A stretch of DNA of 63,897 nucleotides, filler included, from Chiloscyllium plagiosum (lineage: Eukaryota), in assembly GCF_004010195.1 (NCBI RefSeq). It is 6 parts of one record of this genome, joined end to end, with 100 filler letters (N's around TTAATTAATTAA, not from the genome) between each part and the next. Parts side by side here need not be neighbours in the genome. Positions count along the whole stretch, not along the records: positions 13,061 to 18,755 come from NC_057712.1; positions 18,856 to 47,168 come from NC_057712.1; 4 more parts are not named here. One strand, given 5' to 3'. Below the pieces are notes generated by a model. The model had not been told where the DNA came from and did not search any database. It saw nothing but the letters and a program-made list of their open reading frames with translations. Position 1 is the first letter of the stretch; each line of letters opens with the position of its first letter. A program made the translations under genes and the position numbers. Below, one piece after another: positions 13,061 through 26,049 of this stretch.

Positions 13061-14370
13061 GGGGGCGGGAGGGGGATACAGAGATAGGGGAGCGAGGGAG
13101 AAAGCTATGCAAAGGGATGGCTAGTGAGTTGTTTGATAGCAAGCAAGGGAAAGAGAAAAGCTGATGGTGGGAACCACAAGTAGATGAAAGTAGGTTTGCT
13201 GTGCTGAAAGCAGCCCAATCTATAACAGGGCTTGGGGTGCAGGGGTTGGGTAAAAGATATGGAAGGTGGTGTCCAAGCTCTGAAATTAATGAATGATATT
13301 GAGTCCTGAAGGTTACAGGGTCCTCAAGTGGAAAATGAAATGCTGTTCTTCCAGTTTTTGCTGAACCTAGCTGGAAATTCTTTTCTCCATAGTAGGCCCG
13401 AGATAGAACTGTTGGCCAGGAAGCATGGTGGTGTGTTGAAGTGGTAGGCAACGGGAAGCTTGGAGTCATTTTTACATACAGAATGTAGTTGTTCCACAAA
13501 ATAGTCACCCTATCTTCATTTTGTCTTCCCAATGTATGGCAGATCACATTGTGAGCATTGTGATTGCGTCAAGTGTAGATAAATTGCTGCTTCAACTAGA
13601 CATTGTATCTGGAATCTTGCTTAGCAAAAATGGAGGAGGTCAATGGGCAAGTGCTGTACCTTCTGTGGTTGCAAGGAAAGGTGCCTTGGGAATGTGAGGT
13701 GGTTTTGTGAGTGGAGGAGGACAGGATCAGGGTGCCCCAGAGAGACCAGTCACTATGAAATGCCGACAAGGGAGAGGAATGTTTCTGGTGGTGACATCCC
13801 ACTGGAAATGGCAATTTATGATCCTTTGGATGTAGAAGCTAGTGGGTTGAAAGTGATGACCAGAGGGACCCTATCAGTATTGTGGGAGGGAGAAAAGGAG
13901 TGAGGCATAAGTGCAGAAAATTCATTAGACATGCTTAAGAGTTTGTCAACCACAGTGCACAGTGGCAGGGAATCTTCAGTTGAGGAAAATGATGGACATT
14001 TCTGAGACGATCTGTAGAAGGTGGCATAATCAGAACAGATGTGACACAGTCAGAGAAACTGGGAGAATGGAATTGTGTCCTTATGGGAAGTAGGTTGTGA
14101 GGATGTGTAGTCTAGGTAACTGTGGGGGTCAGTGGGTTTCGAGTGGGTATCCATGGCTAGCCTATCTACAGCCATGATGTTGAGTCACAGATGTTGAGAA
14201 AAGGATAAAAGGAGTCAGACATGTACTCGGTAAAGGTGAGATCAGGGTGAAAATTAGAAACAAAATTAGTTAATTTTCCTAATTCTGAATGAGAGGGGGA
14301 AGCAGCACCGACAACATCATTGATATACTAGAGAAAGCGTTGTTTGAAAAGACCCAAGTATGATTAGAAT
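13061..14370 (-). mobile_element. Degraded Penelope-like element (RT C-terminus and GIY-YIG region)
   Basis: ORF 13596..13814 (GTFPCNHRRYSTCP) and nucleotide similarity to the PLE copies at 21770-23600 and 23766-24673. Confidence 0.75.
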
Positions 14371-14449
14371 CCTGATCCTGTTGCACACTGCCTACAATTC
14401 AAAGTTAGCAGTGCCTTCAAAAGATGCTCAGAAGCTCATGACAAGACAG

Positions 14450-16380
14450 ACAATGTAGTCATAAGGTCACAGCAGTAGGCAATTAAGCTCTTAAGCCTGC
14501 TGCACCATTTCACATGAGCTTGGCTGATCTCATCTCAGCCTCAACTCTACTCTCCTGCCTGGTCCGCATAACCTTTTAACCTATTACTAATGAAAAATCT
14601 AAACATCTCCCTCTTAAATTCAGTGTTCTGGTGTTTGACACACTCTGGGAGAGTGAATTCCACAGATTCCACTTTGACAGAAGTAATATCTCCTCATCTC
14701 TGTTTTAAATTCACCACTATTTAACCTAAAACTATGACCTTTCATTCAAGACTGCCCCACAAAGGTAATCATTCACCTCATGTCTACATTGTCAACCTCC
14801 TTTAGCATCTGACATTACTCAATTAGATCTTCTCTCATCCTAAATTTTAGCAAGTATAGGCCTAAACCATTTACTCTCTCCTTATATAAGCCTTTCATCT
14901 CTAGAGTTAATCTAGTAAGCCTTCTCTAAACTGCCTCCAACGCAATTAGATCCTTCTTGTTCGCAGTAATCCAGATGAAGTGTCACCAGTACTTTGTATT
15001 TTGCAACAACACTTCTCTACTTTTATACTCAATTTCTTTAACAATTGATGCCAAAATTCCATTTGCCCTCCTTATTACTTGCTATACCTGCACACTAGAT
15101 TAGATTACTTACAGTGTGGAAACAGGCCCTTCGGCCCAACAAGTCCACACCGACTCGCCGTAGCGCAACCCACCCAGACTCATTCCCCCTACATTTACTC
15201 CTTCACCTAACACTATGGGCAATTTAGCATGGCCAATTCACTTAACCTGCACATTTTTGGACTGTGGGAGGAAAACGGAGCACTCAGAGGAAACCCACAC
15301 AGACACGGGGAGAACGTGCAAACTCCACACTGAGAGTCACCTGAGGTGGGAATTGAACCCGGGTCTCTGATGCTGTGACCACTGTGCCACTGTGCCGCCC
15401 AAATTAGATTTCTGCAACTCATGCACAAGGACATCCAGATCCCTCTGCACTGAAGGTTCTCACCATTTAGACAATAAGTTTCCTTTTTATTTGTCCAACC
15501 AAAATGGATACCACACTTATCCACATTAAACTCCATTTGCCAATTTTTGGCCCATTCACCTGACCTATGCATATCCATACCCGTTTACAAATTTCATATT
15601 TCTTCATTAGTTTATTTTCCCACCTATTTTAGTTTCATCTGCAAAATTGACTATAGTATATTCTATCCCTGCATCCAAGTCATTAATATAGATTGTAAGT
15701 AGTTGGGGCGCGAGGACCAAACCTAGGGGCACCCCACTAGTTACAGCTTATCAAGCAGAAAACAATGCTTTTTCTAGAGTCTCAGTTTTCTGTTGATTAG
15801 CTATCCTAAGTAAAATATCACCCTAACCCTGTGTGATCTTACCTTGTGTATTAATTTTTTTGTGTGGCACCTTAGCAAATACCTTCTGCAAGTCCAGATA
15901 TATTACATTTACAAGACCCCCATAATGTGCTTGTTATGTATTCATAAAAAGCTAGCAAATTAATCAAACATGACTTATTTTTCATAAAAACATGCTGAGT
16001 CTGGTGGCTTGTGTTTTGACTTTGCAAATATCTCAATACTACTTCCTTAACACTGGATTTAAACAATTTCCCAATGACAGATGTTAAACTAACTGCTTTA
16101 TGGTTTCCTACTTTCTGCCACCTTCCCCTTTTGAATAAGGGCATTTACACTAGCATTTTTCCAATTCACTGCAATCTTTACAGAACCCAGGGAAGTTTGG
16201 AATATCAGAACCAATGCATCTACTATTTCTGCTGCCACTTTTTTTAGGACCCTAGGATGTAGGACAAAAGGCTGAAGGACTTGTCAGCCTTTAATCCCAA
16301 TAGTTTGTGCAGTACTTTTCCCAGTGATGTTGTTTTAAGTTCCTCCTTTTCCATAACCTTTACACTATCTGCTTCTATTG
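14450..16380 (-). mobile_element. Old CR1 LINE 3' half, split by a SINE
   Basis: ORFs 15213..15578 (EWAKNWQMEFNVDKC) and 15872..16144 (PLFKRG...VSLTSVIGKL...KSCLINLL). Confidence 0.8.
15096..15400 (-). mobile_element. HE1-type V-SINE
   Basis: tRNA-like head, V-domain (tgtggagtttgcacgttctccccgtgtctg...cccacagtccaaa) and a CR1-like tail (gtggacttgttgggccgaagggcctgtttccacactg...taatcta). Confidence 0.85.
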
Positions 16381-17318
16381 TAGAACATAGAACATAAAAG
16401 AATACAGCGCAGTACAGGCCCTTTGGCTCTCGATGTTGCGCCAATCCAAGCCCACCTAACCTACACCAGCCCACTATCCTCCATATGCCTATCCAATGCC
16501 CGCTTAAATGCACATAAAGAGGGAGAGTCCACCACTGCTACTGGCAGGGCATTCCATGAACTCACGACTCGCTGAGTAAAGAACCTACCCCTAACATCTG
16601 TCCTATACCTACCCCCCCTTAATTTAAAGCTATGCCCCCTCATAATAGCTGACTCCATACGTGGAAAAAGATTCTCACTGTCGACCCTATCTAAACCCCT
16701 AATCATCTTATACACCTCTATCAAGTCACCCCTAAACCTTCCTTTCTCCAATGAAAACAACCCCAAGTGCCTCAACCTTTCCTCATACGATCTTTCTACC
16801 ATACCAAGCAACATCCTGGTAAACCTCCTCTGCACCCGCTCCAGTGCCTCCACATCCTTCCTATAGTATGGCAACCAAAACTGCACACAATACTCCAGAT
16901 GCGGCCGCACCAGAATCTTATACAACTGCAACATGACCTCAGTACTCCAGAACTCAATTCCTCTACCAATAAAAGCCAGTACGCCATATGCCGCCTTAAC
17001 AACCCTATCAACCTGGGTGGCAACTTTCAGGGATCAATGTACATGAGCACTCCGATCTCTCTGCTCATCTACACTACCAAGAATCTTACCATTAGCCCAG
17101 TTTTCTGGATTCCTGTTGCTCCTTCCAAAGTGAATCACCTCTCACTTTTCCACATTAAATTCCATTTGCTACCCCTCAGCGCAGCTCTGCAGCTTATCCA
17201 TTTCTATCTGTAACCTGCAACATCCTTCGGCTCTATTCGCAACTCCACTGATCTTCGTGTCATCCGCAAATTTACTGACCCATCCTTCTAAGCCCTTATC
17301 TAGGTCATTTATAAAAAT
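16381..17318 (-). mobile_element. Young 5'-truncated CR1 LINE 3' end
   Basis: ORF 16461..16934 is an uninterrupted CR1 C-terminus (VRPHLEYCVQFW...RVVSSWNALP). FADDTK lies near 17260 and the ttcta tail at 16381. Confidence 0.92.
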
Positions 17319-18154
17319 GATATCATTTGCAAAATGTTTTTTTATGGAGTTAGCAAATTGGTAATTCATCAATTTTTTTTTTTCAGCTTGCATCTTCTAC
17401 ATTATACTATTATCTAAACAGTTTTGTCAGCAACTGTAATTAGAATATTTCAGTAGTTTTCTCAATTTCTTTGAGTATATTAAAAAGACCCTTGTTTACA
17501 TGCCCTTCAAACATCCATAAACACTACACCCATAGGTTTTCCATTATCTAATGTTCTGGCTATATCTTTAAAAAGGACTTAATACATTTGCAAAGCGTAG
17601 TTTTTCCTTTCACCAACCATGCTGCACATCCATAACCATTTGTCAAATATGCTTGCACTTGCGTAATGTGATTAGGTAGAGCCAATATAATTTGATTTGA
17701 GTTTACGAAGTCCCTATTCTAGTATTTTTTTCCATTACTGAACTCGGGTTCATGGTGTGCTTACGTTTCATCCTCCTCCTTAAATAAGTGTTGCATTTAT
17801 TCCTTGCCTCATAGAGGGTTGCGGTGAATCTCGTGAATTCTGTTAGCTAAGAACCAGTGCAGCCACTGGCTCTGCAGCCATCTTTTTAAAAATCCTAAAA
17901 TGTAGGCTATCAAATAGAGGGCTTTGTCAATGTTTAGATCCAGTTGATTTCTCCAGAATTTTATCTTCACTTTGGTGTTCCTTACCCTCATCGTATTTGC
18001 AGTATTTTTTGTGCGCTTCATTAAATTTCAGAAAGCTAAATAATGGATAGAACTAGGGTTGATGTTTGCGCACTTTTGATAGTTATTTGCAGAATTACAC
18101 ATTAAGGCATGTACCCCCCTAATGTTCACTGTTTGAGTCTGTTGATTCATTGAC

Positions 18155-18755
18155 ATACAGCGGTAAAGCGGTAGATGTGGTGTATATGGATTTTAGTAAG
18201 GCGTTTGATAAGGTTCCCCATGGTAGGCTACTGCAAAAAATACAGAGGTATGGCATTGAGGGAGAGTTGGAGGTTTGGATTAGGAATTGGCTGGCTGGAA
18301 GAAGACAGAGGGTAGTAGTTGATGGTAAAGGTTCATCTTGGAGCGAAGTTACTAGCGGTGTTCCGCAAGGATCTGTTTTGGGACCATTGCTGTTTGTCAT
18401 TTTTATAAATGACCTGGAGGAGGGGTTAGAAGGTTGGGAGAGCAAGTTTGCGGATGATACGAAAGTCGGAGGAGTTGTAGACAGTGAAGGAGGATGTGGC
18501 AGGTTACAGCGGGATATAGATAAGCTGCAAAGCTGGGCAGAAAGTTGGCAAATGGAATTCAATGTAGCTAAATGTGAGGTGATTCACTTTGGGAAGAATA
18601 ACAAAAAGATGGGGTACTGGGCTAATGGTCGGATACTTGGTAGTGTGGATGAGCAGAGGGATCTTGGTGTCCATGTACACAGATCTCTGAAAGTTGCCAC
18701 CCAGGTAAATAGTGCGGTGAGGAAGGCATATGGCGTACTGGCTTTTATTGGCAGA
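18155..18755 (+). mobile_element. CR1 reverse transcriptase fragment, cut by a gap
   Basis: ORF 18150..18803: [37 protein letters not shown]. Confidence 0.93.
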
Positions 18756-18855
18756 NNNNNNNNNNNNNNNNNNNNNNNNNNNNNNNNNNNNNNNNNNNNT
18801 TAATTAATTAANNNNNNNNNNNNNNNNNNNNNNNNNNNNNNNNNNNNNNNNNNNN

Positions 18856-19030
18856 TGAAAGCCTGCCTAACATCCTCAGTGCTCCTCCTACCTCTGTCAT
18901 TGGTGCCAATGTGGACCACGACTTCGGGCTGCTCCCCCTCCCCCTTAAGGACCCGGAAAACACGATTAGAGACATCACGTACCCTTGCACCTGAGAGGCA
19001 ACATACCAAACGTGAGTCTCTCTCGCCCCC
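18856..19030 (-). mobile_element. CR1 ORF1 esterase fragment
   Basis: VCCLSGARVRDV...QPEVVVHIGTND. Confidence 0.85.
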
Positions 19031-19716
19031 ATATCGTCGACTTCAACATCGTCCACTGTGAAAATTGAGGCATAATATTGATTTAGTGTCTCTGACAGTC
19101 TGTGTTCCCCATTATCAACTCCCCAGTCTCATCTTCTAAAGGGACTTCACCTACTCTTATCTTTTTTCTTAACTTACTTACAGCTTTCACTATCCATTTT
19201 TATATTTTGCATTAGTTTTCTTTCATAATTAAACTTTGCTCTTTTTATGACTTTTTTTTAGTAACCCTTGCTTGATCTTTAAAAGTTTCCCAATTCTCCA
19301 GTCTGCCACTGATCTCTGCATTAGTTTGCTCTATGCCTTAGTTTTTGCCCTTATACTATTGTTAACTTCCTTGCTTAGTCAAGGATGCTTTCTCCCCTTT
19401 CTACAACCTTTCTTTCTCTTTCAAAAAATTTTAATTGGGAGGAATTGAATATCTCTCTTAGCGACTGTCACCTTTTGTCAACTGTCCTACCTCTTAGTTC
19501 TTCAGCCCAGTTTACTCGGGCGAAATCTGTCACCATGCTGATTACTTCTGTTTAATATCAGAATGCTCATGCAGGATTCATGTTCCTTGTTCTAAAACTG
19601 AACTAACTCAGTTATATTCTGAGTGGTGTTTCATTTTGCTAGTTATTTCAGCTGAGAATGCACAATGCTACATATGTATGGTACAGAATTTCAACTTTTA
19701 AGCTGGAGTTTTTTTT

Positions 19717-20014
19717 TTAGATTAGATTACTTAGTGTGGAAACAGGCCCTTCGGCCCAACAAGTCCACACCGACCCGCCGAAGCGTAACCCACCCATACC
19801 CCTAACCTTACATTACGGGCAATTTAGCATGGCCAATTCACCTGACCTGCACATCTTTGGACTGTGGGAGGAAACCGGAGCACCCGGAGGAAACCCACGC
19901 AGACACGGGGAGAACGTGCAAACTCCACACAGTTAGTCGCCTGAGGCGGGAATTGAACCTGGGTCTCTGACGCTGCGAGGCAGCAGTGCTAACCACTGTA
20001 CCACCGTGCCGCCC
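19717..20014 (-). mobile_element. HE1-type V-SINE (young, CpG-rich)
   Basis: Full head, V-domain and tail, as at 15096-15400. Confidence 0.88.
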
Positions 20015-20149
20015 ACAGTTATACAGTCATTGAGTTATGGAGATGTATAGCATGAAAACAGACACTTTGGTCCAACTTGTCCATGATGACCAGATTTCCT
20101 AAGTTAACTAGTCCCATTTGCCAGTATTTGGTTCATATCCCTCTAAACA

Positions 20150-21770
20150 GTGAAATTATGCAAAAGCTGTATAGAGTGCTGGTGAGGTTACACCTGGAAT
20201 ACTGTGTGCAGTTTTGCTCTCCTTACTTGAGAAGGAGAGCAAAACTTTATATACTGGCACAGGAGGGATATAGAGGTGGTTCACTAGGTTGATTCCAGAG
20301 TTAAGAAGGTTGGCTTATAATGACAGATTGAGTAGACTGGGACTACACTCATTGGAATTTAGAAGAATGGGGGTGGGGGGGGGGGAGGGTTATGGAAACA
20401 TATAAAATTTGAAATAAATACATAAGATAGAAGCAAAGAAATTGTTTCCACTGGCTGGTGAAACTAAAACTAAGGGGCATAGCCTCAAAATAAGGATGAG
20501 TTGAAGGCTTGAGTTGAGGAGGAACTACTTCTCCCAAAGGGTTGTGAATCTGTAGAGCAGTTGAGGTAACCTCATTGAATGTGTTGAAGACAAAGATAGA
20601 TTTCTGAACACTAAAGGAATTAAGGGTTACAGTGAGCAGGTGGATAAGTGGAACTCAGTCCATGAAAAGATTGGCCATAATCTGGTTGAATGGCAGAACA
20701 GCTTCAAGGACCAGGTGGTCAACTCCTGCTCCTGTTTCTTAAGTTCTTATTCTGAAAAATCACAAGGATTAGAAAACTGCCAATGTAACTCTTTTATTTA
20801 AAAAGGGAGAGAAGGTAAATGTAGGCCTGTTAGCTAAATATTTAGGATGGAATAGCAGAGAATTTAAAAATAGATAATATGATCAAGTCAGCATGGCTTT
20901 ATGAAAGAGAAATCATGCCTGACAAATTTACTAGAATGCTTTGAGGAGGTAACAAGCACTATAGAAAAAGGGGAAACAGTGGAAGGAATACTTCTTGAAT
21001 TTCAGAATTTTGATAAGGTAGCACACATCAGGCTGCTGAATAAAAGTCCATGGTGTGAAAGTAGTATATTAGCATGGGTAGTGATTCGCTATCTATAGAA
21101 GACAGAGAGATAGAATAAGGGGGGCATTTTCAGGAAGGCAACCTGTAACTAGTGATTGGGCCACAATTATTTATAAATATATATTAATGATTGGATGATA
21201 AAAGTGAGTGAACCATAGCCATATTTGCAGACAATACAAAGCTGGATAGAGTTAACTGTGAGGAGGGTGCAGAGATACTTCACTGTGGTTTTGACAAGTT
21301 TAGATTGTCAATAGATTAAGAAAACGAGAGAGCTTTGCTCAAACAACATCTGAAGTATTGTGTGCAGTGTTGGTCTCCTTATTGGGGAAAGAGTGTTCTA
21401 GCTATGGAGGGGGTCCAATGAAGGTTTACCAAACAGAGTCCTTGAATGGCAGGACTGATAAACAAAGAAAGACAGCATCAGTTAAGAATATATTCAATGG
21501 AGTTTAGGAAAATGAGGAGGGTAATCTCATAGAAACGTATAAAATTCTACTAGGTTTAGACAGGGTAAACGCAGGCATGATGTTTTTAATGACTGGGGAG
21601 CCCTGAACTAGGGTTTACTGTTTGAGGATATGGAGTAGGTCATTTACCCAGAGAATGATAAACCTGTGTAATTCTCTGCCACAGAAAGCAGTGGAGGTCA
21701 AAACATTGAATGTTTTCAAGGTGTGAAATATACTGCTTAAGACTAAAGGGTTCAAAAGGTATAAGGAGAA
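20150..21770 (+). mobile_element. Mosaic of degraded CR1 fragments
   Basis: LVRLHLEYCVQFCSPYLR (ORF 20077) and KSCLTNLLECFEEVT (ORF 20901). Confidence 0.7.
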
Positions 21771-21771
21771 T

Positions 21772-23598
21772 GTAGAGACAAAAAACTGCAAATGCTGGAA
21801 TCCAAGACAGACAAGCAGGAGGGTGTAAGAACACAGCAAGCCAGGCAGCATCAGGAGGTAAAGAATTCGACGTTTTGGGTGTAATCCTTCTTCAGGACTG
21901 GAGGTGGCTGTAAGAGGAATTGCAGGTAATGGGGGATGGGGGGACAGGGTGGTGAGGTGGGGATAGGTGGAGCTAGGTAGATGATATGATCTGGTTGGTC
22001 AATGGGAGGGATAAATCTGGTAGGAATGGAAGGGAGGGGAGGGGGTAGGAAGGGAAGGGAGGGGAGGGGTTAGGAAGGGAGTCAGGGATGAGAAGAGAGG
22101 TTATTTGAAATTGGAGAACTCAATGTTGAGTCCTCCGGGCTGTAGTCTGCCCAAGCAGAAGATGAGGTGTTTTTCCTCCAACTTGTGGTTTGATTCATTG
22201 TGGCAATGGAGGAGGCCAAGGATGGTCATGTTGAAAACAGAGTGGGAAGGGGAATTAAAATGGGCGGTGACTGGGAGGTCTGGTTGGTCTTTGTGTTCCC
22301 GGCTGAGATGCTCGCCAATACGTTCCCTTAGTTTATGCTTGATCTCCTCGATGTACAGAAGACCACATCGGGAGCATCTGATACAATAAACTAGGTTGGA
22401 GAAGAGGGAGGCAAACTTCCATTTCATCTGGGAGGACTGTTTAGGACCCTGGAATGAGTTTGGGGGGGGGGGGGGGGGAAAGAGGGTGCGGTGTGCTGGC
22501 AAATTTTGCATCTTTTCCGGTTGCAGGGCAAGATACCTGGGGGTTCAGGGCAGTTGGTAGGGAGAATGGCGCAAACCAAGGATTGGTGAAGGAAACGGTT
22601 CTTGCAAAAAGCATAGGGAGGTTGGGAAGGGGAATATGTCCTTGGTGGTTGGGTCTATTTGGATTGGTGAAAGCGTTTAAGGATGATATATTGGATGCGA
22701 AGATTGGTGGAGTGGTAGGTCTTTATTGCATTGTGGTGGGGGGGGGGGGGGGGGGGGCGGGAATAGAGGTGGTGAGGTGGATGGCTATCTGGATGACAGA
22801 GGTAGGTGGGAATACATTGTTTGAAATAGGTGGTCATCTGAGGTGCTTGGGAGTGAAATGTCTCCTCGTCCGAGCAGATACAGTGGAGGCGGAGGAATTG
22901 GGTGAATGGGATGGAGTTCTTACATCCTTGGTGGTGTAGTACAGGTAGTTATGAGAGTCTGTGGGTTTGTAGGAAACATCCGTCTGGAGACTGTCACTGG
23001 ATATTGAAATGAAGAGGTCAAGAAAGGGGAGGGAGGTGTTCAAGATGGACCAAGTGAATTTGAACGTGGGTGGAAGTTGGAAGTCATGGGCAAAGTAGAT
23101 GAACTGCTCCAGTTCAGCTTAGATGCAGGATGCTGCATTGTTGCAGTCATCGCTGAAACGATGGAAGAGTTGGGGCCCAGTGCTTGTGTAGGCATTGAGG
23201 AAGGAATGTTCGACATGGCCAACAAAGAAGCAGGCGTAGCTGGGGCCCATCTAGGTGCCCATGGCCACCCGCTGGATTTGGAGGAAATGGGAGGAGTTAA
23301 AGGCAAAGTTATTACGGGTGAGGACCAGTTCAGCGAGGCGGAGGAGGACCGAATGGGTCTGTTGGAGAGAAAGAAGCTGAGGGCCTGAAGGTCATCCTTG
23401 TTTATAAGGACTGCACATCCATAGTGAAGATAAAGCGCTGGGGGCCAGGGAACTGGAAGTGACTGAAGAGATGGAGGGTATTGTTGGTAGCGTGGATATA
23501 GGTGGGAAGTGCCTGAACCAGGGGGACAGGATGCAGTTGAGTTCGGATGAATTGAGGGCATGAACATGCAGAGATGATGGTTGGCTGGAGTAGTTGGG
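21772..23598 (-). mobile_element. Penelope-like element: RT and GIY-YIG endonuclease remnants plus pLTR
   Basis: ORF 22101..22511 (NLVYCIRCSRCGLLYIEE...ERIGEH...AHFNSPSH...EKHLIF.LG.LQP.GLN) is a GIY-YIG domain. ORF 22834..23043 has LPFLDL...YKPTDSHNYL. An RT AMGT.MGPSYA-like motif lies near 23230-23270. Confidence 0.9.
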
Positions 23599-23614
23599 CT
23601 TAGGGAGAAAGTAG

Positions 23615-24673
23615 TCGAGAGTGTGGTGCTAGAAGATCACGGCAGGTCAGGCAGCATCTGAGAAACAGGAGAATCGAGGGGAGGGGGAGTAGGTATCTGA
23701 GAATGTGATAGGTAGATGAAGGTGAGGGAGAAAGTGATAGGTTGGAAAGGAGGGGGGAGTGGATACATCGCATTCCTCCACGTACATCGCATCACCCACC
23801 ACCTACAAACGGATCGCACAACCAGAGATACATTTCCCTCCACAGCACTATCAGCATTCGAGAGAGACCATTGCCTCCGCAACTCCCTCGTCAAGTCCAC
23901 GCCGCTCGTCAGGACCATGCCCCCCACCAGGCCACACCCCACTCCTGGCACCTTCCCCTGCCATCGCATGAAGTGCAAAACATGCACCCACACCTCCCCC
24001 CTCATCTCCATCCAAGGCCCCAAAGGATCCTTCCATACCTAACAGAAATTTATCCGTACCTCCACCAATGTCATTTACTGTATCGATTGTGGTCTCCACT
24101 ACATTGGGAAGAAAGAGACAGGACGCCTACTTGCAGATCGTTTCAGAGAACATCTTTGGGACATCCACACTAACCAACCCCACTATCCAGTGGCTGAACA
24201 CTTCAACTCCCCCTCCCACTCTGTCAAGGACGTGCAAGTCCTGGGGCTCTTCCATTGCCAAACCCTTACCACCCGAAGCTTGGAGGAAGAACACCTCATA
24301 TTCTACCTTGGGATCCTGCAATCACAGGAGTCAATGTGGATTTCAACAGTTTCCTCATTTCCCCTCTTTCCACTTATCCCAGTCCAAAGCCTCCAACTCG
24401 GCACCATCCTTCTGACCTGTCCATCACCTTTCCCATTTATCCCTCCACCCTCCTCTCTTACTTATCACCTTCTCCTTCACCTTCATCTACCTATCGCATT
24501 CTCAGCTACCTTCCCCCCAACCCCACCTCTCAGCAGCACCTCCCCCTGCCCAGAAGCCTCATTCCTGATGAAGGCATTATGCCTGAAACCATTCTCCTGC
24601 TCCTTGGATGCTGCGCTTTTCCAGCGCCACACTCCCAACTCTGATCTCCAGCATCTGCAGTCCTCGCTTTCTA
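23615..24673 (+). mobile_element. Penelope-like insertion: inverted pLTR arm (23615-23765) plus forward GIY-YIG fragment and pLTR; 16-bp TSD
   Basis: PGTFPCHRMKCKTC and AEHFNSPSHS...EEEHLIFYLG. The direct repeat cttagggagaaagtag lies at 23599-23614 and 24674-24689. Confidence 0.88.
24565..24589 (+). ncRNA. Minimal hammerhead ribozyme core in a PLE pLTR (cleavage triplet altered)
   Basis: CTGATGA-AGGC-attat-GCCT-GAAAC. Confidence 0.6.
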
Positions 24674-24987
24674 CTTAGGGAGAAAGTAGGCAAGTTGGAG
24701 TGAATGGCTGGGGCATTCGACGGAATGACCGACCTACTTCTGCTCTTGTTTTATATGTTTTTTTAAAAATTCATTCAGGTGGGCATCGCTGACAAGGTCA
24801 GCATTCATTGCCCATCCCTGGTGGTCCAGAGAGCAGTTGAGAGACAACCACATTGCGGTGGGTCTGGAGTCACATGTAGACCAGGTAAGGATGGAAGTTT
24901 CCTTCCCTAAAGAACACTAGTAAACCAGATAGACTTTTCCTGACAACTAACATGTCACCATTAGACTTTTAATTCAAACTTTTATGC

Positions 24988-25332
24988 CATGGTGGCTCAG
25001 TAGTTAGCACTGCTGCCTCACAGTGCCAGGGTCCCACGTTCGATTCCAGCCTTGGGCAACCGTCTGTTTGGACTTGCACATTCTCACATGTCTGTATGGG
25101 TTTCCTTCAGGTCCTCTGGTTTCCTCCCACATCCTAAAGATGTGCAGGTTAAGTGAATTGGACGTGCTAAATTGCCCATAGTGTTCAGGGATGTGTTGGC
25201 TTAGGTGCATTAGTCAGGGGAAATGTAGAGTAATAGGAGTAGGGGAATGCGTTTGGGTGGGATACTCTTCAAAGGGTTGGTGTGGACTTGTTGGACCAAA
25301 TGGCCTGTTTCGACACTGTAGGGATTCTCTGA
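24988..25332 (+). mobile_element. HE1-type V-SINE inserted into a second SINE family (about 24765-24985 and 25335-25390)
   Basis: Head ggtggctcagtagttagcactgctgcctcacag...gttcgattcc, V-domain and tail. Confidence 0.85.
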
Positions 25333-25743
25333 TTACCTGTGTCTCCAGATTAATAGACTCGCGATAATACCACTAGTCCATCACTCTCCTTTCTATGACA
25401 AAGTCTGCAGAGGGATATTGACAGTTAAAACTTGACAGGTGGAATATAAGTGTAAAGTCAAGCACCTTGGCAGGAGGATTGGAGGGACTGAAAATTATTT
25501 AAGTGGAGAAAGACTGCAGAAAGTTATGGGAAAGAGGGATTTGAAAGTCCTTGTCCATGAATCACAAAACTCTAGCCTCCAAGATTAATAAAGGAGTGTA
25601 AAAATGACAGTAAGAAATAAATGTGATATTATTTATCTTGAATTTCTGCTTCACTTTCAAATGTTGTAAAATTAAATCAGCACTTGATTCAATAACTAGA
25701 CATCAGAGCATTTAAAATTGAAATACTAGCAAAAGTTTATTAC

Positions 25744-25842
25744 CTTGAGGAAACATTGCAAAGCTTCCTGTATGGTTGAATTTGGTGGTTCGTCAAACAA
25801 TGTTGCAGCCACCTTTTTTTCAAGCCATGACAGCTTCGAGGC
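25744..25842 (-). CDS. RMDN2: Internal coding exon (99 nt, phase 0 to 0) of the RMDN2-like gene
   Basis: Minus strand reads gtttggtttgcag|GCC TCG...CTC AAG|gtaata, giving [46 protein letters not shown] and ST.QEAL..FLK fit RMDN2 better than RMDN3 or RMDN1. The paralog call is from memory of the family. Confidence 0.93.
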
Positions 25843-26049
25843 CTGCAAACCAAACAACTCAAAACTATATTTACATATATAATACTGGAATCAAATTAAT
25901 CAACTTAGCATGATAACATATAATGATTGTCAGATTCTGATAAAATATACAAGATTATTTCAAAACATGCAGGTATTTTTCATTTTAAAACAATTAACCA
26001 AAAGTTAAACATGGTTGCTCATTAACTTTTAGCAATCACAGTCTCATTG

